From Chrysomallon squamiferum (Eukaryota > Animalia > Mollusca), in NCBI GenBank assembly GCA_012295275.1, contig CM022677.1, positions 22,630,001 through 22,694,000 of the forward strand: DNA of 64,000 nucleotides, in the 5' to 3' direction. Positions 13,720 through 26,141 of this stretch are shown piece after piece (positions within the stretch are counted from its first letter, which is position 1; the number at the start of each line of letters is the position of its first letter). Both the position numbers and the translations under genes were made by a program. Under the pieces are notes generated by a model. The model did not search any database. It worked only from the letters and a program-made list of their open reading frames with translations, and had not been told where the DNA came from.

Positions 13720-15030
13720 TTATTAGTGTCATCATTTTGAAAGCGAAAGTATTTATTCAATCGTCGACAACAAGTTAAGCTGAAAGTAATGTGTTTTTTA
13801 TTGAAATAATCACAGTTCACGACATGACACAGATAAATGTGGAATCGGTTTTCGCGCATGAGAAGCAAATTGTAAATTGGAAGAAGTATTTGGAGGAGTC
13901 CATGAAGATTGGTGTGATGGATACGAACATTGATGTGGAGGCGAATACGGACATTGATGTGGATTGATACGGAAATTGATGTGGAGGCGGATACGAACAC
14001 TGATGTGGAGGCGGATACGAACATTGATGTGGAGGCGGATACGAACATTGATGTGGAGGCGGATACGAACACTGATGTGGAGGCGGATACGAACATTGAT
14101 GTGGAGGCGGATACGAACATTGATGTGGAGGCGGATACGAACATTGATGTGGAGGCGGATACGAACATTGATGTGGATTGATACGGACATTGATGTGGAT
14201 TGCTACACGGACATTGATGTGGAGGCGGATACGAACACTGATGTGGAGGCGGATAGGAACATTGATGTGGAGGCGGATACGAACATTGATGTGGATTGAT
14301 ACGAACATTGATGTGGATTGATACGAACATTGATGTGGAGGCGGATACGAACATTGATGTGGATTGATACGAACATTGATGTGGAGGCGGATACGAACAT
14401 TGATGTGGATTGATACGAACATTGATGTGGAGGCGGATACGAACATTGATGTGGATTGATACGAACATTGATGTGGAGGCGGATACGAACATTGATGTGG
14501 AGGCGGATACGGACATTGATGTGGAGGGGGATGCGGACATTGATGTGGATTGATACGAACATTGATGTGGATTGATACGAACATTGATGTGGAGGCGGAT
14601 ACGGACATTGATATGGAGGCGGATACGAACATTGATGTGGATTGATACGAACATTGATGTGGAGGCGGATACGAACATTGATGTGGAGGCGGATACGAAC
14701 ATTGATGTGGATTGATACGAACACTGATGTGGATTGATACGAACATTGATGTGGAGGCGGATACGAACATTGATGTGGATTGATACGAACATTGATGTGG
14801 AGGCGGATACGAACATTGATGTGGAGGGGGATGCGGACATTGATGTGGATTGATACGAACATTGATGTGGAGGCGGATACGGACATTGATGTGGAGGCGG
14901 ATGCGGACATTGATGTGGATTGATACGAACATTGATGTGGAGGCGGATGCGGACATTGATGTGGAGGCGGATACGGACACGATACGCAGAAAGAAATGAA
15001 TATGCAGGACACGACTCAAACTGAAAAAGT
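13720..15030 (+). pseudogene. Decayed Gly-rich paralog, head-to-head with gene 1, with expanded internal repeat
   Basis: Frame reads VFGGVHEDWCDGYEH*CGGGY..., a degenerate form of GFGGGHGGGWGG-GGGY. It ends tgaaaaagtaagaaa, like the intact gene stop context tgaaaaggtgagaaa. Homologous relics at ~19020 and ~63270. Confidence 0.6.
13919..14980 (+). repeat. Minisatellite of mixed 24-bp (ggaggcggatacgaacattgatgt) and 22-bp (ggattgatacgaacattgatgt) units, roughly 45 copies
   Basis: Directly visible contiguous tandem units, no spacers. Confidence 0.95.
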
Positions 15031-17766
15031 AAGAAATTTAGGTACAACTTCCTTTTTATTGCAATTGTTTTGGGGGTTTTTGCATCAGTAATCAGAAATG
15101 TTTTCAAATTGTAAATATATTGTACTTAATCAGTAAACTTCAGGTTAAAAATTGTGAATTACGGATCGAAGAAAAATATTCGCCTGCATACATCAATTAA
15201 ACGTTTATTTTAATTAGAATTATTACTGCCAGTACATTTATCTAATCTGTCAATGTCTTTTATATGTTTTCATATCTTATAATGTACACAAGAAGTACAG
15301 TACACAAGAAGTATGAAGAATGAATAAGTGTTGTGGAAAAAGTCAGATGTAAATAAAACCATTAATTCTCGACTTTTGTTTGTTCTGCTGTTTTAGTTCG
15401 TTTTATTGTCTATTTTTCTTGGTTATTAATTATTTTTGTTTGTGTATGTTGTTGTTGTTGTTGTTTTCCTTGGTCTCTTTTCTTATTTCTCTATTAAATG
15501 TTTGTTAGTAAAATTTCGATGAAGCGCTTCTAAACATCTGAAACACTTTCGAGAATTTGAAAATAAAAAAAATTACGAAACTGCGCTTAAAATAGAAATT
15601 ATTGTTTTATGAATTGTCGCGGGTTTGCTGTTAATACTTAGAAAGGTTGTCCTGTGTGTAATAGATTATCGAAAGATACAGAAATGTGCTAGTTCTAACA
15701 CAAAGAAAGAAAGTAAACACTCTGTTCGAAAATAATTAATTGTATTTCAGGGCACAAACCTGTTTTCTTTCTATTTCTCACGCACTTTTTTCAGTTTTTT
15801 CTTGTTGCTTTTTGTTTAGTTTTGTTTTCATTTTGCCGCCGCTTCTAAAGCTCGATGTATTTAGTGTCATATCTACATTATACTGTTGTATTATAAAATA
15901 AAATGTGTAGTTGATTTTCTACATAAAGAAATAATCTGACCAAATCAGTAAGCAGTCCAATGTTCGTAGAAAGAAATATCACTTTTATACACACACTAAA
16001 CTGAGGTAAAAACTTCCATATAAGTTAAAGTATCTTAAGAACACATTGTTTATAATGCTGTGAAAATAAAGTAAACTTATAGACATCATGGTAAATAGTT
16101 TGTTAAATCGTAAGTTTAGAAGATCTTAAAACGTTAAATTTTATAATATTTATAATTCCAGGTGTATTTCTGTTAGATAATTGTGTGTTGCTATTCTATT
16201 AGTTTAATATGAAATGTCTTAGACTAAGACTGCGTATATTAAACACACAGTTTTCAAAGAAACTCCGTACCAAGGAGGATACGACGTAGAAAGGACTTGA
16301 AGAGGTTTTACATTTTGGACTCCTCACAGACAAAACGATTAGACTTCCTTCATGTGCCAAAATGCTGTTTCCACAAAACATTCAAACACCTCAGTGTCAT
16401 TATTACATAATCATAATTTAATCACAACGATGACGCTGATGTTGCAAAATGTCCAAACTGGTTCAGAGTGTCACATAGGTCAGATTTCAATGAGTAGAAT
16501 GATGTCATATTCAAGTATCGTTCATTACACCTCATGACAATATTTAGAGAATAATTCGTCCTTAAGAAACATGAATGGAATAACTGGGTAAAAGAAGACT
16601 TTGCACTTTTCAGATTGGACTACATCTGAAACAAACAGCTTCCAAGTTGTACAACTTCTCTTTAACTCATTATTTCACTATTCATAAACTAAAACTGTGT
16701 TCTTTTAGATTTTTATTTATTTTATTTAACAGTTTTTAATAGAAAGTCACCAAACACATCAAAACTTGTACACCACTTCAGCATAGTTCATAGAATTGCT
16801 TTGAAAGGACAACAACAAAAGTAACAATAATAAATCATTTTTATGAAAAACCGCATTTATTCCGTAGTGTTTCAGATTGACGATGTACATATGTATAAGT
16901 ATATATGTAATTCTCTACCTATGTACGTACACACGTATCTACGTATGAATGTGCGTATGTGTGTATATATGCTTGAACATATGTACGTGTTTCTGTATTT
17001 TGGTATGTAAATATATATGTATTTATGTGTGACTATGTGTGTACGTATGCATCATTATTTTTATCTATAATCTGTGTATCTGTTTGTGAATGTATGTGTG
17101 TATGTGTGTTTGTATGTATATATGTATGTATGTATGTATTATATATGTATTATGTATATATTTATGTATATTTTGTGTGTAAGTATGCATGAATGTTTTT
17201 ATTTATATCTGTATGCCTCTTTGTTTGTATGTATGTACGTGTATATGTACGTATGTGCATGTGTATGTATACATGTATGCATGCATGTATATATTTTCGT
17301 ATGTATTTTACAGTTAACATTTGAAATAAATAATTCATTTTAAGATACATACATGCCACATTTATTTAAATTTGTGTTTTAGAATGTTTATAGTGTATTT
17401 GCTTCTTGTCGATAAAGTATAAACTAAGATTGAAATAAAACAAGAATGATTTTTTAAAGTTTTAATATTTTTTATTTTTCCCACACGAAATAATGATGTT
17501 CACTGATGTATTACCTGAAAATATAAAACAGCTAATGAAACTGAAATAGATAAGAAGAAAATTATAATTATGAAATGGAAACAGAAACATTAACAGATAA
17601 AAATGTTTTATTCTAGCTGTACTCTGAATGAAAGTTGTCATAAACAGTGTTGACATTATTTCTTCAGCCACTGTGTAAGTTTGCTGTATTAAACTAAAAA
17701 AATATTAACTGACATCTTGTAAACGCATTAATTAACTCTGTGGAATAAATATATTTTCTCACCTTT

Positions 17767-18216
17767 TCAATATGCGTTGTATCCGCTTCCGTATTGGTTT
17801 CCGTATCCTCCATATCCGCTTCCGTATCCACCTCCGTATCCACCTCCGTTATTTCCGTATCCTCCCCCATATCCACCTCCATAACCTCCCCATCCTCCTC
17901 CAAATCCTCCTTTACCTCCTCCGAAACCTCCCCATCCTCCTCCATGTCCCCCTTTACCTCCTCCAAATCCTCCCCATCCTCCTCCGTGCCCTCCTCCAAA
18001 TCCTCCCCATCCTCCTCCGTGTCCCCCTTTACCTCCTCCGAAACCTCCCCAGCCTCCTCCGTGACCTCCTCCGAAACCTCCCCATCCACCTTTTCCGTAA
18101 CTGCCTAAACCTCCATTACCTTTTCCGTAATATCCACCATTGAATCCATAATAGGATTGTCCGGCACAGGCAAGAGACAAGCAGACGGCAAGAACGACGA
18201 AAACAGCTTTCATCAT
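17767..18216 (-). CDS. Secreted glycine-rich protein, copy 2, 149 aa
   Basis: Same signal peptide and repeats as copy 1. Acceptor tgtag|accttt (exon starts 18225). Conserved 3' UTR. Confidence 0.9.
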   Translation of the reverse strand: MMKAVFVVLAVCLSLACAGQSYYGFNGGYYGKGNGGLGSYGKGGWGGFGGGHGGGWGGFGGGKGGHGGGWGGFGGGHGGGWGGFGGGKGGHGGGWGGFGGGKGGFGGGWGGYGGGYGGGYGNNGGGYGGGYGSGYGGYGNQYGSGYNAY

Positions 18217-18512
18217 TTTAAAGGTCTACAAAAAAGAGAGAAGAACTGAAATGCTGATATTACGTGATCGTAATCTTCCAGCTTTGAAGTACGTCGAATT
18301 ATGGAAAATTATAGTACAGATAGAAAATTTCGTAAATTATTAGACATTATTAGATTTTAAATATTTTAATATTATTTCCATGTTAGACTTTGGAGATTTA
18401 CTTAGAAAAGACATAATCAATAAGCAACGAATAGCAATCATTTGAGATTGTAGATATCTTTTTGCAAGAGTAATTGATAAACAGAAAGAAAACTCTTCAC
18501 TGGTTTACTTAC

Positions 18513-18660
18513 TGAGTTGGTATCGGGAATGAATCTAATGTGTTATCTTCCTTCCTCTATATATACACAAAATCTATTAATTAGATTAACGGTGAGCTAA
18601 CAATAAGTAACATTTAACTTATGTGAAGCTTCTGGGTAAGTTGATTGATTGGAAAGCCAT
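18513..18660 (-). promoter_or_regulatory. Core promoter and non-coding exon 1 of Gly-rich gene 2
   Basis: TATATATA at 18565-18558 and donor gtaagt at 18512. The gattgattgg CCAAT block is retained; the CRE of copies 1 and 3 is absent. Confidence 0.65.
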
Positions 18661-18825
18661 CAAAATACTTTGACCTTATAATTTACTTAAGATTGATGAT
18701 AATTAGCTTTTCCTCTAAAACGAAAAGTACGTCTATTTATCTCTTCATTTACGAATAAATTACAGAATGATTTCAACTGCTTTAAAAAATGAATACCAGG
18801 AGAATGTTATAAAATGTTTATTTTA

Positions 18826-18900
<75 letters not shown>

Positions 18901-19019
18901 CTATTTCTTTTAAGTTTTTGTTTTGTTTCCTTTTGTGTTTGTTTCTATTTCTTTTTTTATGATTAGTTTTTTCTTACTTTATTATTAACACATTGTAATT
19001 GTTATTTATTATTTGCTAT

Positions 19020-19345
19020 TTCAGTCACCATCTTCAAAGTGGAAGGCATGTTTCAGTCGTCAAGATAAAATCAACTTTGTGTTATTTTACTGAGATGATT
19101 ACAGGTCAGGACTTGGTAGAAATGGGAGCGGCTTTGGAAGGACACGGTAGTTCGGGTATTAAATGGTGAATGGAGATGAAAGGGTAAATTCAGTGAAGCA
19201 TTCGGCGGAGGACACAAAGGTTGGTAAGACGAGTACGGAGATGGATATGGAGGCAGATGCGAATGTTTTGGAGAAAGAAGCAGAAGTCGATACAGAAGTG
19301 AATACAAGGACACGCCTCGTAGTGAAGTCATCAAGAAATATAAGT
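19020..19345 (+). pseudogene. Decayed Gly-rich paralog, head-to-head with gene 2 (unexpanded)
   Basis: Frame reads AFGGGHKGW*DEYGDGYGGRC...; flanks are homologous to 13720-15400. Confidence 0.6.
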
Positions 19346-20161
19346 ACTTTTTTTTTATTAGACTGTTTTTCTTTTATTTCACATCAGTATACAGTAATAT
19401 TTCTAGATTGTAAATAGTTTGTATTTTGTTAAGGTTATAAATTGCGAATTTTAGATTCATGAAAGATATTCTCCTGCATATAGGAGTGAAACGTTTATTT
19501 TAACTAGGATTATCATTGTCGGTACATTCATTTAATCTGTTAATGTCTTTTATATGTTTTCATTTCTTATAATGTACACAGGAAGTATGAAGAATGAATA
19601 AGTGTTGTTGTGGAAAAAGTCAGATGTAAATAAAACCATTAATTGTCGACTTTTGTTTGTTTTGCTGTTTTAGTTCGTTTTATTGTTTCTTTTTCTTGTT
19701 TTTTAATTCTCTTTGTTTGTGTGTGTTGTTGTTCTTGTTGTTCTTGTAGTTGCTGTTTTGCTTGTTTTTTTTTCTTATTTCTCTATTAAATGCTTGTTGG
19801 TTAAATTTCGATGAAGCGCTTCTAAACTTCTGAAACACTTTTGAGAAGTTGAATACGAAAAACTCAATTTCCGAAACTTCGTTCAATAGAAACTATTGTT
19901 TTATGAATTGTCTCTGTTTGCTGTTAATACTTAGAGAGGTTGTCCTGTGTATAACAGAATATCGAAATATAAGGATACGTGCTAGGTCAAACATACTGAA
20001 AGAATTGTATTTCAGGGCACAAACCTGTTTTCTTTCTCTTTCCCACGCACTTTTTTCTGTTGTTCCTGTTGTGGTTTTGTTTAGTTTTGTTTTCATTTTA
20101 GAGCCGCTTCAACAGCTCGGTTCATTTCGTATCAAATACTCGTTGCAACATGAAAAAGAAC

Positions 20162-20257
<96 letters not shown>

Positions 20258-20444
20258 TTACGTTTTGTTTTGTTTTTTGTTTTTTTAGCTTACCAAGATG
20301 CTGTTCATCGCCAGGATTTATTTTTTCTGTGTGTTTCTGTGTGTGTGTTTCTCTGTTTGTGTACATGCGTGTGCGTATTAATTTCTTTTATAATTTTATT
20401 TTTTGTTTATAAGAAATAAAGATTATAATATAATACAAAATAGT

Positions 20445-20479
<35 letters not shown>

Positions 20480-21178
20480 GTTTAAACATTGTATAAAATG
20501 TTCACAGACATAAAAGATGCTCTTTGACCCTATCTGTCATTAATACGTACACAAAAGAATAGTTACTATCTGATATATCAAAGACGTTGACTAGATGTGA
20601 AACTGGATACCTCACTTGTAATCTATAATCGTGTGACGAAAGAGATTTCTATCGTCTTTTCTTTATTGTGCTCGTTCAAGTTAGCTAAAGCAAGGGACTG
20701 ATTCACAACAGTCACAGAGGAGGGGAACAGGGCCGGAACTGAGATGTGTACAAATTAATGGCTAGAAAGAAAATTGAGAAAGATAGTTGGACACGCAGAC
20801 ACGTTGACAGCGATACAACAGCAGCACTGAAAACATTATAATGGTGAAACGTCTTGAGAGCTTCCTAGATCGGGAAATGATATCAAGTAAACAGTTGTTG
20901 AAATGACTTGACAATTTTTTATTTTTTTAATAAAATGACGTCACTTAAAGATTTGGAAACCAAAGAGGACACCTGTTTCTTACAAAACCGTAAACTGTCA
21001 TTGCTTACATAATTAATTAATTACTTAATGAACTTAATGACTATACTACTATTACCAGTTCTACTGCTACTAGAATTTTTCTACTTTTTAATCTACTTAT
21101 TAATTAATGGCATTTTATTTCAGTAATATTCTAAAACGTTATTTGGTGTCCGCATTGTTTCGTTTCCGTCCACTTTTG

Positions 21179-21244
<66 letters not shown>

Positions 21245-22135
21245 CCCAAAGTTGTTAAATTTTGTCTTACACGAGTAAATGAGCAGTCAAATCAAAACTG
21301 TCAAGCACTAAACAAAATGTCACACCTCAGTACACAAATAAAATATATACTTATTATTATTTTTATACTAAATTAAAACTAATGGTAACTAAAATAAAAT
21401 ATTGATAAATATAATTAAATAACTAAATTAGTTGAAACAACAAAAGAGAACGTTATACACGACTAAACAAATAAAATGTAGTCTGATTATTATTGTATGC
21501 TGTAATTACGTTAGTCTTAAATAATACCCAGTGTTTTCAAAAAGACATGCTACCCGCAAGTTCACTGTTCAAGTTTAAACAAGATTTGTCTTTGTTCGCG
21601 AAGTGTATTATCTTACACTGTCCTTGTACAGATCAGTTGCTGTGTCTAGTATTACTACATGTCTGACATGTTTTATAAAGATTACGCAATACAAATGATA
21701 CTCAGTTCACTGTTCAAGTTTAAACAAGATTTGTCTTTGTGCGCGAAGTGTATTCTCTTACACTGTCCTTCTACAAACCAGTTGTTGTGTCTGTTATTAA
21801 TACATTTCTGACGCTGTGATAAATATTTTATAAAGTTAATATTTATTTTCAACTGTGTTTAGTTTACGACACGATTATAAACTTTCCAAAAGAGAGATGT
21901 ATCGGTGCGTCTCAGTAAAAACACAATCTGATCTTATCGCCGCCATTGGTGGTATTTATTTATAAACCTTACAAAGACTCGTCATTCGCCATTTTCTATT
22001 CAAGTTTAAAAAATTACTACAGCATGAGGATATATTTATTAAAGAAAAATAAAATAAAATATAAATAAATTAATAAATAACGCCTTTGTTAGAAAAAGAG
22101 TAAGTAATCTGCCATCTAGTTTGTATTTATTTTAA

Positions 22136-22326
<191 letters not shown>

Positions 22327-22456
22327 CTCTCAGACACATACGTCCATGTGGATGTTTGCGCGTGTGCACACACTGACACACAATCTCACACACACAAACA
22401 TGTTTGTATTCTTACTTTTAATTTTTTCCTTTTATTTATTTCCTTTTATTTATAAC

Positions 22457-22539
<83 letters not shown>

Positions 22540-23063
22540 CAGCAACACTAAATAAATCTGATCAGCTATCTTGACAATTTTTAGATCGTGAATTAAAGTA
22601 CAAAAATAAAATTCATTAAATTTACATTTGTTATAATTATACATCCAGTTTGCATATATTTGTCTGCTTTTAGTAAACATAACACTTAATAATATATTTT
22701 CACATTTTGTCTAATTCACACATTCAAACAGAAAATACGGCTTAGTCATGTTATAATAATGTTGAAGATATTATTTAATACCATATCCTGTTATTTTTTT
22801 TTAATTATTTTTTTTTTTAATTATATTTGAGTGTTTGTTGTTGTTTGTTGGGATCTGTTTTGTTTTATTTTATTATTGTATAATAATAATAAGTAATAAT
22901 ATTATCTATATACCTACCTCGTGTGTAAGTGTGTCTGTGAGTGTCGTTATTGTACATGTATATACAAATACATATAAACATGATATATCTATATATCCCT
23001 TTTTCTTTACATTTTTATTGGATTTGATTTTTAAATAGAAAGCCGAATAATATTTAAATAGGA

Positions 23064-23116
<53 letters not shown>

Positions 23117-23496
23117 GTGTACGTGACTAAAAGCACACGTTCACTTTGCATCCTGTTTTTCATTCGTACAGTTTATTTATATATCTGTCAAAAAGAGACG
23201 ATACCCGCCAGTTCACTGTTCAAGTTTAAAAAAGATTTATTTTTGGCGGTGAAATGTATTATTTTTTTCCGTCGTTCTACCAGCGAGTTGCTGTGTCTAT
23301 TATTAGTATGTGTGTGACAGCTTCTGACAAAAATTTTTTAAACTTTAACTAAGCTGCAGAAGATATAATACGTTATTTGCCATTTTTATTCCTGTTAAGT
23401 TTACCACAAGAACATTAATCGTTCAGGAATATTTTTCTCAAAAGAAAGAAATATGTTATAGATGACTTGTAAGCTGACACCCCTTCTTTTTTTCAG

Positions 23497-23634
23497 TTGG
23501 TATCTTCCTGCCACTGAGTGTCATCTGTCAAAACCGGATTCACCTCACTGACAACTTCAGTCACAAATCGAGATTGCAGACGAATGCAGAAAAAATATTT
23601 CCACGTGTTAAATTTTTCATTTCTTAAGACAAAG
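23497..23634 (+). other. Putative non-coding 5' exon of TRIM-like copy 3 (homologs at ~33685, ~41224, ~50155)
   Basis: Conserved block starting tttcagttggtatcttcc (acceptor, or TCAGTT Inr) and ending aaag|gtaaga. The RING exons start only 2 nt after an acceptor, so an upstream exon is required. Confidence 0.55.
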
Positions 23635-23646
23635 GTAAGACAATTA

Positions 23647-23688
<42 letters not shown>

Positions 23689-24054
23689 TAAGATATTTTA
23701 AAATAAAATTTGTAATTTAGGTCATGCTCATAAAAAAATTTCTTAACATAATTTTACGGGTGTTTCACGCATTGGTTAGAGCGAAGAGGTGAGGCTCAGT
23801 GGTTAGAGTAAAGTAATTCGGGCTATGGGCTGTTTGTCCTTCTCAAAGTCAATTCTGCAAATATTTTAACGAAAGCCGAGGTAAATGGTTATCGAAAAAA
23901 GTAGCCGTCCCATGACGTCAAAATATTTCTTTTCTTCCATTTTCTCTGACGTCGTAAATACATTAATAAATCGTTCACATTGTACATTAATTACAGTAGA
24001 GCATTCGGAGGTTGATTAAATAATTGATGTAATAATTTTTTTATTGTAATAGTT

Positions 24055-24112
<58 letters not shown>

Positions 24113-24116
24113 AGAT

Positions 24117-26141
24117 ATGGCAACAGCTTCAAGTTCCGATGACCTACTATTTTGTTCCCTTTGTTTGGATGTTTTCAAGAAACCACGTTGTCTTTTTTGT
24201 GGACACTCGTTTTGCACGAAATGCCTTCTGGAATACATAAATAAAAACAACGACAAACAAATCAGCTGCCCTTCCTGCACCCAAAGCATTCAAATACCAG
24301 ACAGCACGAAACCAGTGGAAACCTGGGCAGATCAGTTTCCTGTAAACATTGCTTTAGAGAAGGCAATTAGCAAACTGGAACGTTCAAAGATTTGTAAGTC
24401 AGCAGATTTGTGTTTAGATGCAGTGATTATTAAACTAATGATATTTATGTCGTGCATTAACCATCGTAGCAAAGTCACAAAGACGCAGATACAATTTTAT
24501 TTATAAAGTTTTTCAATTGAGATTTTGAAATTTAGTTGATAAAATAAATTCTATAACTCTTCATATTGTACCCTTATCTTTACTTTATTAATACTAGTCC
24601 TATTTTTCTCATTATTGTTGTTGTTCTTTCTTTGTTTGTTTATTCATATGTGTGTTTGTTTATTCTGTGTTTGTTTTTTTTATTTCATTTGTGTGTTTGT
24701 TTGTTTATTCATTTGTGTGTTTGTTTGTTTATTCATTTGTGTGTTTGTTTGTTCATTTGTGTGTTTGTTTGTTTATTCTGTGTTTGTTTGTTTCAGCTGA
24801 GAAGGAAGACGACACTTCACGTCTGAGGACTGTTACAGATAAACTGAAGATGTTTAAAGAGATGCTGCAGACTGAGATGGAGGAAGCGACTAAGAAACTT
24901 CGACTGGACGTCGCCGTCAGCTTTCTGCACGCTGTTGACGACGTAGAAAGTTTTCTTCGCAAAGAACACGGCAGTTTAGTAGCAGAAATAGAAAAATCTC
25001 GAAACTTTTTAAACTCAGAAATAGATAAACTGTTTACTGAACATAAACATCTAATTGAGGAAAACAAAATAATGATAAAGCTTGGTGAAGATTTGCTACA
25101 AGGTAAATCAGAGTCTGATATCAAAATTGGTATTTCAAAATTCACCAAACTTCAAAACAGAACTTCCGAGTTTCTGGACAAATCTCTTTCACAAATTGAG
25201 AAATCGGAATTTAAAATAAATCTGACAACACCTGATAAAAAAACAGAAATGCCAGTCCCATACAAACAAACACACAGATAAACAGACTGACAGACACACT
25301 CAAACACACAGACACCATTGAAACAAAACATGTAAAAGAAAAAACAAATTCTTCAGTTTTTTCCATCCTGGTATCAGGTGAGGACAACAATAAAATTGTT
25401 GTTAGTGATATTAACAACAGGTGTGTAAAATGTTTGTGTTTGACATGTAAATCAGTAATAAACAAACACGTAACTTCCTCTCCTCCACGCGGTCTTGCTG
25501 AATCACGTGATGAGCAGGGTGCTGTTGTTGTTGTTGCTATGCCATATAAAAATGAAAATGAAAATGAAAATAAAAATAAAAATAAAAATAAAATATTGAT
25601 TTTAAATTTGGAAACCTTCAAACAGATCAGAACTATTCCCACTAATAAACAGTATTTCTGTATCGCTGTGTTACCAGGCAACTATCTAGCGGTCAGTGGT
25701 TGGAATGGGTCACATACTGACCAGTATTTGGACATACTGAGAGACGATGGTCAGATTTTTAGATCTATCGAAGCAGATTTGATCCCCAGACCACGGAATC
25801 TCACAGTTCAAGGTCAATCTCTGATTGTTGTGTCAAAGAGAGAAACTGTAAACAGTTTAGTGTGTGTGACGTCATCATATGAGGTCCAGTGGGAGTCACG
25901 TGATTCAGACAGACTGAAAAACTTGGCGGGTGTTACATGTGACAGGGAGGGGAATATTTTTGTTTGTGATTTTAGCAGAAATTGTGTTGTTCAGTTGTCA
26001 CGAGACGGCGAAGTTCTTCATGACGTCATCACTGACCAGGATGGACTGTCCGAACCTCGATGTGTCTCTTGCCATGCTAACAAACTGTACGTGGCATTGG
26101 AAAATGGGCAAATAAAAATATTTAGTTGGTGTAAAAAGTAA
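24117..26141 (+). pseudogene. TRIM-like copy 3, frameshifted (pseudogene, or truncated RING plus coiled-coil product of ~253 aa)
   Basis: Exons 24117-24393 and 24797-26141. A net 22-nt deletion near 25258 relative to the paralogs gives TAA at 25279-25281. The propeller frame stays open from 25260 to 26141. Confidence 0.8.

Larger units (their letters stand above)
9847..15410 (+). repeat. Segmental duplication, copy A (partner 60076-64000): Gly-rich gene plus pseudogene cassette
   Basis: ctttgctaacaattgatacagactgaaaatacagg at 9847 and 60076. Colinear high similarity through the gene, promoter, minisatellite and 3' flank, with several indels. Confidence 0.9.

Noticed and set aside
13919-14980. 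Repeated in-frame TGA (GGGYEH*C) as a poly-selenocysteine or read-through protein
   Set aside because: Interspersed 22-bp units break the frame, the 19-kb homolog has GGA at that position, and no intact start or signal peptide is visible. GGA-to-TGA decay followed by expansion is simpler. A SECIS search was not run.
13710-15107. 465-aa, 400-aa and 269-aa - strand ORFs
   Set aside because: The minus strand of the minisatellite is nearly stop-free in all frames, and the translation cycles through three frame-shifted motifs. These are repeat artefacts.
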